Under the pieces are notes generated by a model, which was not told the origin of the DNA, did not search any database, and saw only the letters and a list, made by a program, of their open reading frames with translations. Made by a program: the position numbers and the translations under genes. From an uncultured virus (IMG/VR IMGVR_UViG_3300003860_000003) (lineage: Duplodnaviria > Heunggongvirae > Uroviricota > Caudoviricetes): a DNA stretch of 64,000 nucleotides. Of the stretch, positions 9,685 through 19,022 are shown in pieces; position 1 is the first letter of the stretch, and each line of letters starts with the position of its first letter. The DNA lies in IMG/VR virus record IMGVR_UViG_3300003860_000003, positions 62,001 through 126,000 of that record. One strand, written 5' to 3'.

Positions 9685-10025
9685 AATTAGTTAGAGAACA
9701 TATATATGAAGCATTCAAAGAAGAATCGGATCCCATAAGAGATATGAATATTGGATTATATGCGCATCGAGATTTTGTAAATGTAGACAAATTTTTAGAT
9801 TATTTAATAACTATTATTCCGCAACTTTTAAAAACATCAAAAATTCCTGATGATATTTTAAGATATGGTGGAGCTATAAATCATACATATTTTTTAATTA
9901 TACAAAAATTTTTAACAGAATATATTTCGTTTGAAGGAATTTCTACAGGAGAGCAGGCATGTAGAGTATATTATTGGCCAGAGCTATTAATGGAGAGATT
10001 TAAAAAGATGGGATTTGAAAGATGA
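9681..10025 (+). CDS. Tagged hypothetical protein (cargo family with IP..KT..IPDD motif)
   Basis: Starts MKLVREHIYEAFKEESDPIRDMNIG; ATGA overlaps on both sides. Confidence 0.8.
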   Translation: MKLVREHIYEAFKEESDPIRDMNIGLYAHRDFVNVDKFLDYLITIIPQLLKTSKIPDDILRYGGAINHTYFLIIQKFLTEYISFEGISTGEQACRVYYWPELLMERFKKMGFER

Positions 10026-10828
10026 AAATAGTAAGAGAACATATAAATGAGAAATTTATAGAAGAATCAGATCCTATTCGTGATTTAGGAATTGGTATTT
10101 ATGTAGAAAGATCGTTTGATACGTTAGAAGGCGCTGCAGATTTTTTATTAAAAGTAATTCCTATTATTTATAAAACTAATAAAATTCCAGATAATATTCT
10201 AAAAATATATACAAAGTCTTTTAAAGAATTTACAGCACAAGACCATTTAGATAACGATAAATATGAAGATTTATGTAAATATGTTAGTAAATATATTAAA
10301 ATACCTTCTATGAAAGGATTTGACCAAACTACATCATTTGTAATAACAAAACTTTTCAATAAATTAGAAAAAATGGGGTATAAGACATGGAATCGCAATC
10401 TAAATGAAAAATTCTCAGAAGAATCTGACCCAGTATATGATTTAGGAATAGGAATACGAAAAGCTATTGAAGATTCACTGCAGAAGTTTACAGATTTAAT
10501 GACAGACCACCATTTTATAAATTTATATAAATATGAGATAGATGGAAGTAATCTTCAAATTGCTGTGGAATATCCTCCATATAATGTTGCGTTTAAAAAT
10601 AATGTAGATTATTGGTTAAAAGAATCTGGAATGATGGAGTATTTATCAGAACAACGTTATAAAATATCTTCTGGCCTCTTTTCATCTCGTTGGGCGTTCG
10701 CACCAAAAACTGAATATTTAAATGTTTTTAATTCAATAAAAAGTATAGAACATTCTAAAGAATTTATAAAAAGTTATCCAAATGGATATCGTAGATTTAA
10801 ATATACTATAAAAATAAATTGGAATTAG
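10022..10828 (+). CDS. Two-tag polyprotein of unknown function
   Basis: Tags at 10022-10096 and 10400-10453. Confidence 0.8.
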   Translation: MKIVREHINEKFIEESDPIRDLGIGIYVERSFDTLEGAADFLLKVIPIIYKTNKIPDNILKIYTKSFKEFTAQDHLDNDKYEDLCKYVSKYIKIPSMKGFDQTTSFVITKLFNKLEKMGYKTWNRNLNEKFSEESDPVYDLGIGIRKAIEDSLQKFTDLMTDHHFINLYKYEIDGSNLQIAVEYPPYNVAFKNNVDYWLKESGMMEYLSEQRYKISSGLFSSRWAFAPKTEYLNVFNSIKSIEHSKEFIKSYPNGYRRFKYTIKINWN

Positions 10829-11148
10829 TGATAGTAAGAGAACATATAAATGAATTATTCAAAGAAGAATCAGATCCTATACATGATCTGGGAATAGGAG
10901 GTATTAATTTTGAAGAAGAACGTTCTAAATATTATGTAAGCGGTAATAATTTTTGGTTATCTTCGTGGTTGGATTTTTTAAATTCTTTAAAAGGTAAAAA
11001 AATAACAGGTGTATTTATTGGAGGTAAAAAACGTTCTTGTATTATAGATAGTTTTGAAAGTTATAATGGCGGTGAAAGGGTAAATTTTTATGATAATAGT
11101 TATGTTGTTTATCGTGTAGATATGAATGAAAGATATTTAATACAATGA
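10819..11148 (+). CDS. Tagged hypothetical protein (alternative GTG start at 10828)
   Basis: IVREHINELFKEESDPIHDLGIG followed by a small beta-rich domain. Confidence 0.75.
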   Translation: MELVIVREHINELFKEESDPIHDLGIGGINFEEERSKYYVSGNNFWLSSWLDFLNSLKGKKITGVFIGGKKRSCIIDSFESYNGGERVNFYDNSYVVYRVDMNERYLIQ

Positions 11149-11768
11149 AAATAGTAAGAGAACACATAAATGAGAAATTTAGAGAAGATTCTGATCCTAT
11201 AAGAGATATGGGTATAGGATCTCGCAAGTTAATTAAAGAATGGCTAGAAAAATATGAGAAAAATGTATATGAGCCTACTATAAATGATGATTTTACTATT
11301 AATGCAAGAGGTATAAATTTTCATGCCATACCTTTACCAAATGGAGAATTTCCTGAATTTATTAAATTTAATGAGATTCACGGCACAATATCAATGTATG
11401 AAAGCGGATTAAAAAATTTTAAAGGATTTCCAAAAAAAGTAGATTTTAATTTGTATATTGGAAAAAATCAACTTACGTCATTAGAAGGTATACCAAAAGA
11501 AATAGGATTATCTATAATGCTTTTTGAAAATAAGCTATTATCTTTAAAAAATTGTCCAAGAATAATAAAAGATAATTTTAATATATCTCATAATAAAGAA
11601 TTGACGTCTTTAGAATATATGCCTCAAGAAATATGGGGGGATTTTATATGCTTTGACACTGGTATGTCAGATAAATATATTCGTGAATATATTAATGATA
11701 ATAAAATTTTAATTCAGGGCTCAAAGATAATTGATAACAGATCTGCAACTCTTCATAAATATATTTAA
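11145..11768 (+). CDS. Tagged leucine-rich-repeat protein
   Basis: Tag, then repeats NQLTSLEGIP, NKLLSLKNCP, KELTSLEYMP. Confidence 0.8.
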   Translation: MKIVREHINEKFREDSDPIRDMGIGSRKLIKEWLEKYEKNVYEPTINDDFTINARGINFHAIPLPNGEFPEFIKFNEIHGTISMYESGLKNFKGFPKKVDFNLYIGKNQLTSLEGIPKEIGLSIMLFENKLLSLKNCPRIIKDNFNISHNKELTSLEYMPQEIWGDFICFDTGMSDKYIREYINDNKILIQGSKIIDNRSATLHKYI

Positions 11769-12158
11769 TTACCATTCTGAAAGCGGAGTTCTCTTCCATC
11801 TATTTCCTACCCATATATATAAATAGTTGCTGTCAGTCATCATGTGCATCCCCGATAACGTGGATGAATCTTTAGGCGGCGAATAATATGATATATTTTG
11901 ATCAATAAATTTCTCAGCGAAGACACTCGGTGCACTAAAATGTACAGGATTTACTTTAACCTTTAACGTATTTTCATCTATTATTAAAGTAGTATTATCA
12001 ATATCTTGAGATATATCATAATTTCCAGAAGTTCCTTTTAACAATTCTTCTAAAGATAATTGATATGAAGATCTCCATCTAAAAGAATTTACCTCGACAA
12101 ATACACTAGATTTGTCGAGGGATTCTGAATTAATTTGTATTAATTTGTTTGTTTTCAT
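11769..12158 (-). CDS. Hypothetical virion-associated protein
   Basis: C-terminal DSNYLYIWVGNRWKR resembles short domains of phage fibre proteins; last gene of the structural operon. Confidence 0.55.
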   Translation of the reverse strand: MKTNKLIQINSESLDKSSVFVEVNSFRWRSSYQLSLEELLKGTSGNYDISQDIDNTTLIIDENTLKVKVNPVHFSAPSVFAEKFIDQNISYYSPPKDSSTLSGMHMMTDSNYLYIWVGNRWKRTPLSEW

Positions 12159-14656
12159 TATGCAATGCTCGTATCATATACAACTTCCCATGCAGTATCT
12201 GCGCTAACATCAGTTCTTAAGAACATTTTTCTTTGTAAATTCCAGTGTTTCATTCTATAATCATGAGTAGATGCATTACCAGTAAAATTAACTCTATCCC
12301 AGTTTCTAAATAATGTCCATTTATTTGTGAAATTTGACCATCCTATAGGATTCCAAACAAATCCTAAAGCAGCTAAATCTACTAAATTGTTTGTCATTGG
12401 TCCTGGTATATCAAATTCTGTAAATGATTCTCTAGTCATCTCATGTGTAAGTGTAGTATTATACCATAAAGCAGTTACAGGATCGACTTTTCTTACGTGT
12501 GTTGTTATAGGAAGCCATGGCGTAATTTTCATATTATTTATAGAACTGATACTTGATACTGCTTGTTCGTATGAATTATCACATGAAGAATCTGTTATAT
12601 TATTAACAAGAGATACAAATTGAAAACCTATAGTTTTATTAATAACATTATATGAAATATCAGCTGATAAATGAAACTGAAATGCATAATCTTGTAAATT
12701 ATCTCCTACACTTGCTGCACTAGGACATTGAACTTGATAATATGCATAATATCGTACATTTGTATTTGATAATCCTTGCCAAATAGTGTAATTTGGTTCT
12801 GCTTTTATAGATGCGATATTAGAAGCAAATTTATTATAATCAGCTATATCTGTAAATGTAAATGTCATATAGCTTGAATCTTTTGTTGCTGTTATTGTTT
12901 GTCCAGAACTTAAATTCATATTTGTAGTTACACCAGCACCATACCACAACCAAGCTGAATTAGTAATATTTTGCCATCTAAGTGAATCATTTATAGGATT
13001 AATGAAACTATTTCCTGTTTGATTTAATACATATGTGTATACATCCATATATTTCCATATAAACGGCGATGCTGGAGAAGTTTTAGAGAATGATGGTGAA
13101 ATTTCTAATGTATTATAACTTACATCATATCTACATGCGGGATCTGCATAATAATATAATGAAGGATCTATAGAAGCAATTTTAGAAATACTGCTATCAT
13201 AAAAACTAGGATCAATAGAATATAACGATTTTACTTTTAGATCCCAGTTTGTATTATTATTACTTGGATCATATACGCTACCAGTAATGTCTATTCTTAC
13301 ATAATCACCAGTGTTATGAGATACATCTGTAAGATCTGTAATATATTTTATTCCATAAACACCTCTATATTGTCTCTGATATGTTCTTGCACTTCCATCA
13401 GGATAATTCGCAGGATATAAATTAGTTGTTAAAGGAAATGCGCCATGAATAAAATTATCTAATAAAATACCAGTAAAGTTTGTTGATGTACAATAATAGA
13501 ATCTTATTTGTTCTGGAACTGTAAAAGCATCAAATTCCCAAGCTAAGTATGCTACGCTAGGACATATATCATATTTAAGACTTCTAGATTTATTTACACC
13601 AAAATCTGCAGCATTATTATATGAAAGATAATAAGGATATATTGGATCAACTCCTAAAGCTGTACAGCAATCTATAGGAGTAATTACTACTGGATTTAAG
13701 CAATTTATAAAATCAGGACTATAACGTGCGCCTGGAGTAAAATCAAGAGTATATTTTACTGAATTTATATATGTATATTTTATTATAGGATAAAGAGTTC
13801 CTGCAAATACTACTTCATTTACAACAGGATGTTGTGATTGAATTGAAGGATCAACTCCGTATCCAGAAACAAATACTGTAGAACCCGTACTTGAATTTAA
13901 TCTCCATTCTATTACATAATTACCTATTGTTCCAACACTAGAATTTAAAGCGCCTACACTTAAGAATCCACTAGAAGATGATACTGAAACAAAATATGGA
14001 GAATAAGTAGCACACGCCGTGTACATCATTATATTTGTACTAGTATTTATTATATTTGAATAATCACTGGTTCTAGCATTATCATAAGCTTTTAAACGAT
14101 AATAATAAGTTGTATTAGCACTAATTCCAGTTACTAAATATGTTGATACATTTGCTACGTTTAATCCATTAAAACCTGTAACATATGAGCTAAATGTACT
14201 ATTATCAGAAACATAAAGATAATAACCATTAGCTTCTGAAACATCATTCCAATTAGATACAAATGAATTTGTTGATACATCTGTAGCTGCAGTTGCAACA
14301 GGAGCAGCTAATGTAAGTGTTGATGTATCTATAATATTAGAATTAGGACTACTTATAAAACCAACATAAGCACGAAGTCTATAATAATAATTAGTTGAAG
14401 AATTTAAACCAAGTACAGTATAAGTACTTACGTCTCCTACATTTAAATTATTATATACAAAAGAAGAAAATGTACTATTATCAGCAACATCAAGATAATA
14501 TCCTTCTATAGATGAATCAAATACCCAATTGGCATCAAATTGATGAAGCCCAATATTTGTTGCTGCTAAAGCAATTGGCGCAGGAATAAACAATACTATT
14601 GGAGGCGTCTTAGACGCTGATCTATATATGCTTCCTTCTATTACTTCTATTATCAT
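12158..14656 (-). CDS. Virion protein with two N-terminal fibronectin type III-like domains
   Basis: Tandem APxAxAATxxxxxxFxxNW...GYYLxVxDNSTFSS...STYxVxGL...TxYYYRLxAY repeats. Confidence 0.75.
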   Translation of the reverse strand: MIIEVIEGSIYRSASKTPPIVLFIPAPIALAATNIGLHQFDANWVFDSSIEGYYLDVADNSTFSSFVYNNLNVGDVSTYTVLGLNSSTNYYYRLRAYVGFISSPNSNIIDTSTLTLAAPVATAATDVSTNSFVSNWNDVSEANGYYLYVSDNSTFSSYVTGFNGLNVANVSTYLVTGISANTTYYYRLKAYDNARTSDYSNIINTSTNIMMYTACATYSPYFVSVSSSSGFLSVGALNSSVGTIGNYVIEWRLNSSTGSTVFVSGYGVDPSIQSQHPVVNEVVFAGTLYPIIKYTYINSVKYTLDFTPGARYSPDFINCLNPVVITPIDCCTALGVDPIYPYYLSYNNAADFGVNKSRSLKYDICPSVAYLAWEFDAFTVPEQIRFYYCTSTNFTGILLDNFIHGAFPLTTNLYPANYPDGSARTYQRQYRGVYGIKYITDLTDVSHNTGDYVRIDITGSVYDPSNNNTNWDLKVKSLYSIDPSFYDSSISKIASIDPSLYYYADPACRYDVSYNTLEISPSFSKTSPASPFIWKYMDVYTYVLNQTGNSFINPINDSLRWQNITNSAWLWYGAGVTTNMNLSSGQTITATKDSSYMTFTFTDIADYNKFASNIASIKAEPNYTIWQGLSNTNVRYYAYYQVQCPSAASVGDNLQDYAFQFHLSADISYNVINKTIGFQFVSLVNNITDSSCDNSYEQAVSSISSINNMKITPWLPITTHVRKVDPVTALWYNTTLTHEMTRESFTEFDIPGPMTNNLVDLAALGFVWNPIGWSNFTNKWTLFRNWDRVNFTGNASTHDYRMKHWNLQRKMFLRTDVSADTAWEVVYDTSIA

Positions 14657-14657
14657 A

Positions 14658-17600
14658 TTATTCTGTCTTACTTATATTTCCATATTTATCATAACTTTCA
14701 ACATTTATCTTAAAGTGTGTAGTAAATCCAAATAATATAGGCACACTTTCATTATAAACTTTAAAATATACTGCATCATTATCATTGAATCTGGCTGTCC
14801 AAATATTTTTTTGATCTAACATATAATTACTTGGATCATATTCAGCTCTTAAAATAACTAGTGTACCAGTATCAACCCAAATAGGTTTTTTATAATAATA
14901 AAATTCGCTGTTTACTAAATCTAAAGAAGGATCATACCACTGAAAATTTATATGATCATGATCAAAAATATTATTCATATAAACAAATGTGTTGTCTACA
15001 TAATATTCTTGACAATATGAAGTTTTTAAATAAACGCTAAATTTGTTATCTGATTCTGATGCAAAATATGTAGGAGCAGTAAATTCTGAATATGTTGAAA
15101 AAGCATGTTTAACAGTAATAGTATATCTACTAGGATCATCAAGGAAAAAATCAGGAATAGTATCTTTAAATCTATGAGTAACTCCACTAACATCAATAAC
15201 TCTATATGTAGATCCCCAAGAATAACCAGTAATTCCATCAGATACAATTACTCCTACTGCTTGATTTACTTGAAATATATAGCCGCTTACATCTGTTATA
15301 AAATTATTATTATTATTACTTGAATTTGTTACATATCTATATGTATCGTTTAGAATGTAAATATCTGTTGAAGGATCTATTATAAAATCAGCGGGTATAT
15401 TATCAACTGTAATTAATGTTGGATTAGATGTTGGTAAATAACTTGATGTAAGTATATTAGAACTTACTTCAGATATTAATGCATATTTTCCTTTATCAAA
15501 TTTAACGATTGCAATGTTATCACCTGTATAAAATTTTTGAAAATCATCATCTATCACAAGAGAAGTTCCTGATATCGATACAACTCTTTCAGTTAAATTA
15601 AAAAATCTATTATATGAATTAGGTTCTGGCACATCTTGAAAATATGTGATAGAAGGAACTTCTATATATGGATTTCCACTCGCATCAATTAAAAATTGTA
15701 ATCCTTGTAATGGAATATCTCTATCATAAATAGGAAATGGATGATTAGATATTAATGTACTTACTTCCCAATAGGACATATATTTACTAACATCATATCC
15801 CATATAACTTGAATTATCTACTAAGAAATATATTGTAGGATATTTAACCCATACTGGATACGGTTCTCTTGCAGGATTATACATCATTGTATTATATGAA
15901 TCCCACGCATACATATCAATATTATAATCTCCAATATGATGAATATTAAATGTATAAATACTATTATCAATAATATAAATACTCGGGTCGTTTCCTCCTG
16001 ATAATCCTGAAGGATCTGCCCAATAATATATACTCGGGTCTACTTGAAAAAGTCTCATTCGAGGAGATTGATAAACAGCATTAACAGTAATTTGTTGTTC
16101 TATTAAACTTGTATCATAATTAAAATTGATATACATTTCTAAATTATCAGAACTATCTGTTATTCCTGAATTCATATAAATTTTTCCATCTACAATATCA
16201 AGAATATATTCTTTATCTCCAAAATTTTGATTATATCCACTAGCATCTGTATAACTAAAATATTGAAAAGTTAATAAAGGAACTTTATAATTAGAATCTA
16301 CTGCATATTGTAATTTTGCTGATGTATCAGGAGTAAATGTAACATATCCACTAGTATATGTTTTAAAACCTGCTGATGTTTCTAAAACATAATCATAATA
16401 ATTAGAAGGTTCGTGATAAATAGTATATGCAATTGAATTAACCCATTCATCAATACTTGGATCTCTTAAATATGCTTTTTCAAGTAAAATTGTTAAATCA
16501 GTTGAAACATCATAAAATATAGAAGATGTGTCGTATGTATTATAAAATCTAATTTCATTTTCATAAACAAATAATGGATTTGTAACAAGAGTTTCTCCTA
16601 TAACACCGCCTAATTCCTTTTGAACTGATAATTTATACATAATATCAGCAATGTTAACAAAGGGATAATCAAAAGTTGCTCCCATAATTAAAAAGCTACT
16701 TGGATCTGCTAGATATGATGGATCATCTAAAGAATAATATATATTTGGATCATTTGGATTCCAAGCAGTTTCTGCCATATCTATAAATCGATATTTAAGA
16801 TCCTGTACAGCTGTATTAGTTAATTCTAAAAATGTTAATCTTACACTGGCATCTCCAGTTACTAATTCACTATCATGATCTGGTCCATATGGAGTTAATG
16901 TTTGTGAAACATTATATTCAAATCCAATATTATCAGTTGTATAAATAAGATTTTGTATTCTTTCAAAATAAACGCCTTCACCGGTAAGATCTACTATTCT
17001 ACAATTTATTCCTATAATATTTCTTTCTAGCCATTGTTTTAATGCCATTAATTTTATAAACACCTCTTTAATGTTATAAGAATAACAATTTTCAGTTAAT
17101 GGTGTTCCCCAATCATCTATTTCTCCTGTTTCGCGTGTTAAACAATAAACTAAAGATAATTGATTTAATTTTTTAAGTGTTTTTCTTTGATTAGCATCAA
17201 ATCTTAACATTGTTTGTGTTCTATCTTTAGCATCATAAGAAACAATTACAGATAATTTAGTATTATCTTTAACGTTTTTAAACCATTCACGCACATAAAT
17301 ATCATCATAGCCCAGCCATTTAATTGCATTTATTAACGCTTTATAGGTTCCTATATATGGCATTATTTGATCATACTCAAGTATAAGATGTTTTGATTTA
17401 TAATTAAGAACATCCCAATCGGGCAAATCTTCGTTAATATCTGTTTCCTTAAAAATTTGTGGAATATCTTTTGGATCTGGAAGACCAAAGTTTGTTATAA
17501 GTGTTCTAAATCTTTCATCTTCTCCAACTGATTCGGCATTAACAAGAATATCAGCTAAAATAAAATATTCATCTCCAACTTTATGATATGCTCTTAATAT

Positions 17601-18266
17601 TCTTTCAAATACTCCTTCAGTTTCTGCTCTAAATCCTATATTAAGAGTTATAGGAGTATCTAAAGTGTATAATGATAAATCAAATTGTAATTGACGTGTC
17701 CAAGTTATTTCTGTTGTATCTTCATCTACTGTAAAAAATTGAATTTCTACATCATCTCCTTCGAATCTAAATAATATAGTGGAGTTGCTTGCATCATATG
17801 GGCGTATATATGTATCAGTTGCAATTTCTTGGAAAATATAAAGAGTTTCTGTTTCGACTAATCCTACTGAAATGGGTTTTAAGAAAATAGCTGCAGCATA
17901 AGTAACAGAGGGATAAGAAAAACTAGCATCTAGATCCAATGCAAGACCACTAATACTTTTAGTATTCATTCCATCAGGACTAAATATCGAAACATCTGTG
18001 GTTAATATAGATGCATCTGTAGGCGTTAATAATATTTCTCCGCCAGTGCTAAACGCGTATGTATAATAAGCTGTTATAACATCATCATACAAATATCCAC
18101 CATCAGTTATTTTTGCATATATAGCAAATCCGCTAGGATCGGTAACTAGGTACCCCTCTGCACCTATGCCTGTAGCTGAGTTAAAACTTAATTTTATATT
18201 AGAAGCAGGCGTCCAATTGATGTAGTCACCAGCCTTATCATATATTTTCCACTGTGATAAATTCAT
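14658..18266 (-). CDS. Baseplate wedge-like protein (gp7/gpI-like core with extensions)
   Basis: YIGTYKALINAIKWLGY core motif; position downstream of the gp25-like and gp6-like genes. Confidence 0.6.
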   Translation of the reverse strand: MNLSQWKIYDKAGDYINWTPASNIKLSFNSATGIGAEGYLVTDPSGFAIYAKITDGGYLYDDVITAYYTYAFSTGGEILLTPTDASILTTDVSIFSPDGMNTKSISGLALDLDASFSYPSVTYAAAIFLKPISVGLVETETLYIFQEIATDTYIRPYDASNSTILFRFEGDDVEIQFFTVDEDTTEITWTRQLQFDLSLYTLDTPITLNIGFRAETEGVFERILRAYHKVGDEYFILADILVNAESVGEDERFRTLITNFGLPDPKDIPQIFKETDINEDLPDWDVLNYKSKHLILEYDQIMPYIGTYKALINAIKWLGYDDIYVREWFKNVKDNTKLSVIVSYDAKDRTQTMLRFDANQRKTLKKLNQLSLVYCLTRETGEIDDWGTPLTENCYSYNIKEVFIKLMALKQWLERNIIGINCRIVDLTGEGVYFERIQNLIYTTDNIGFEYNVSQTLTPYGPDHDSELVTGDASVRLTFLELTNTAVQDLKYRFIDMAETAWNPNDPNIYYSLDDPSYLADPSSFLIMGATFDYPFVNIADIMYKLSVQKELGGVIGETLVTNPLFVYENEIRFYNTYDTSSIFYDVSTDLTILLEKAYLRDPSIDEWVNSIAYTIYHEPSNYYDYVLETSAGFKTYTSGYVTFTPDTSAKLQYAVDSNYKVPLLTFQYFSYTDASGYNQNFGDKEYILDIVDGKIYMNSGITDSSDNLEMYINFNYDTSLIEQQITVNAVYQSPRMRLFQVDPSIYYWADPSGLSGGNDPSIYIIDNSIYTFNIHHIGDYNIDMYAWDSYNTMMYNPAREPYPVWVKYPTIYFLVDNSSYMGYDVSKYMSYWEVSTLISNHPFPIYDRDIPLQGLQFLIDASGNPYIEVPSITYFQDVPEPNSYNRFFNLTERVVSISGTSLVIDDDFQKFYTGDNIAIVKFDKGKYALISEVSSNILTSSYLPTSNPTLITVDNIPADFIIDPSTDIYILNDTYRYVTNSSNNNNNFITDVSGYIFQVNQAVGVIVSDGITGYSWGSTYRVIDVSGVTHRFKDTIPDFFLDDPSRYTITVKHAFSTYSEFTAPTYFASESDNKFSVYLKTSYCQEYYVDNTFVYMNNIFDHDHINFQWYDPSLDLVNSEFYYYKKPIWVDTGTLVILRAEYDPSNYMLDQKNIWTARFNDNDAVYFKVYNESVPILFGFTTHFKINVESYDKYGNISKTE

Positions 18267-18270
18267 CGAT

Positions 18271-18537
18271 TTAATTTATATTTGTCGTGTTTTTGTCATG
18301 CGCGATCGAAAACCATTTTTTAACATATTTTGCTTGTTCAACTAAAAAATTAAGAAATCCCTCAATTGTACTTAACATGCCCACTTGTAAAGGGTTGGCA
18401 TACAATTCCGGAGAGGTTCCATTTTTAAGAATGTTACCCCTGTATTTATAACCAAGATTTAAAAATACATCACTATGATGTTTTGCTTGATATAAATAAG
18501 ATGGTCTTATCGTATATAATTTTCTTCTTTCTGCCAT
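18271..18537 (-). CDS. Hypothetical protein in the baseplate operon
   Basis: 88-aa ORF tightly packed between neighbours. Confidence 0.6.
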   Translation of the reverse strand: MAERRKLYTIRPSYLYQAKHHSDVFLNLGYKYRGNILKNGTSPELYANPLQVGMLSTIEGFLNFLVEQAKYVKKWFSIAHDKNTTNIN

Positions 18538-18542
18538 AATTA

Positions 18543-19022
18543 CTATTCTCCTGTATATTTACTTTTATATGTTCTTATATTGCCATTTTTAAAGTAGTCA
18601 TAATCTAGTTCATCATAGTCATATCCTTCTGGAAAAAATCTAATATAAGGTTGTTTTATCTTAAAAGTTATTCTATATCTTAAAGGAGTATCTATGCCCT
18701 TCTCTACCATGTCACTAATACCAGCTCTTTTTATAAGATCTATATAATATTGTTTTCTTATTCGTATTTTTTGTTTTAGTGTTTCTCCTTTTTTAAATGG
18801 ATTACTATAATATCTAATTATAAGATTGCCTTTACTTACAATAATATGATTTATATTTCCTTTATTAGTAGTACCACTTTCAATTAATTTTTCTTGCATA
18901 TCTAAGTCTAATATCTTTTCTATAATATTATTCATTGTCTTAGGCAAGCCTATTTCCATATCCCAAATAGAATCAGTATTTTCTGTAAATTTTTCGTTTA
19001 TATGTTCTCTAACTAGTTTCAT
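18543..19022 (-). CDS. Tagged hypothetical protein inserted in the baseplate operon
   Basis: Starts MKLVREHINEKFTENTDSIWDMEIG (degenerate tag); start overlaps the stop of the gp6-like gene. Confidence 0.75.
   Translation of the reverse strand: MKLVREHINEKFTENTDSIWDMEIGLPKTMNNIIEKILDLDMQEKLIESGTTNKGNINHIIVSKGNLIIRYYSNPFKKGETLKQKIRIRKQYYIDLIKRAGISDMVEKGIDTPLRYRITFKIKQPYIRFFPEGYDYDELDYDYFKNGNIRTYKSKYTGE

Noticed and set aside
9215..11219. Tag DNA as CRISPR repeats or attC-like sites
   Set aside because: Copies are in-frame, vary at synonymous positions and show no palindromic structure.
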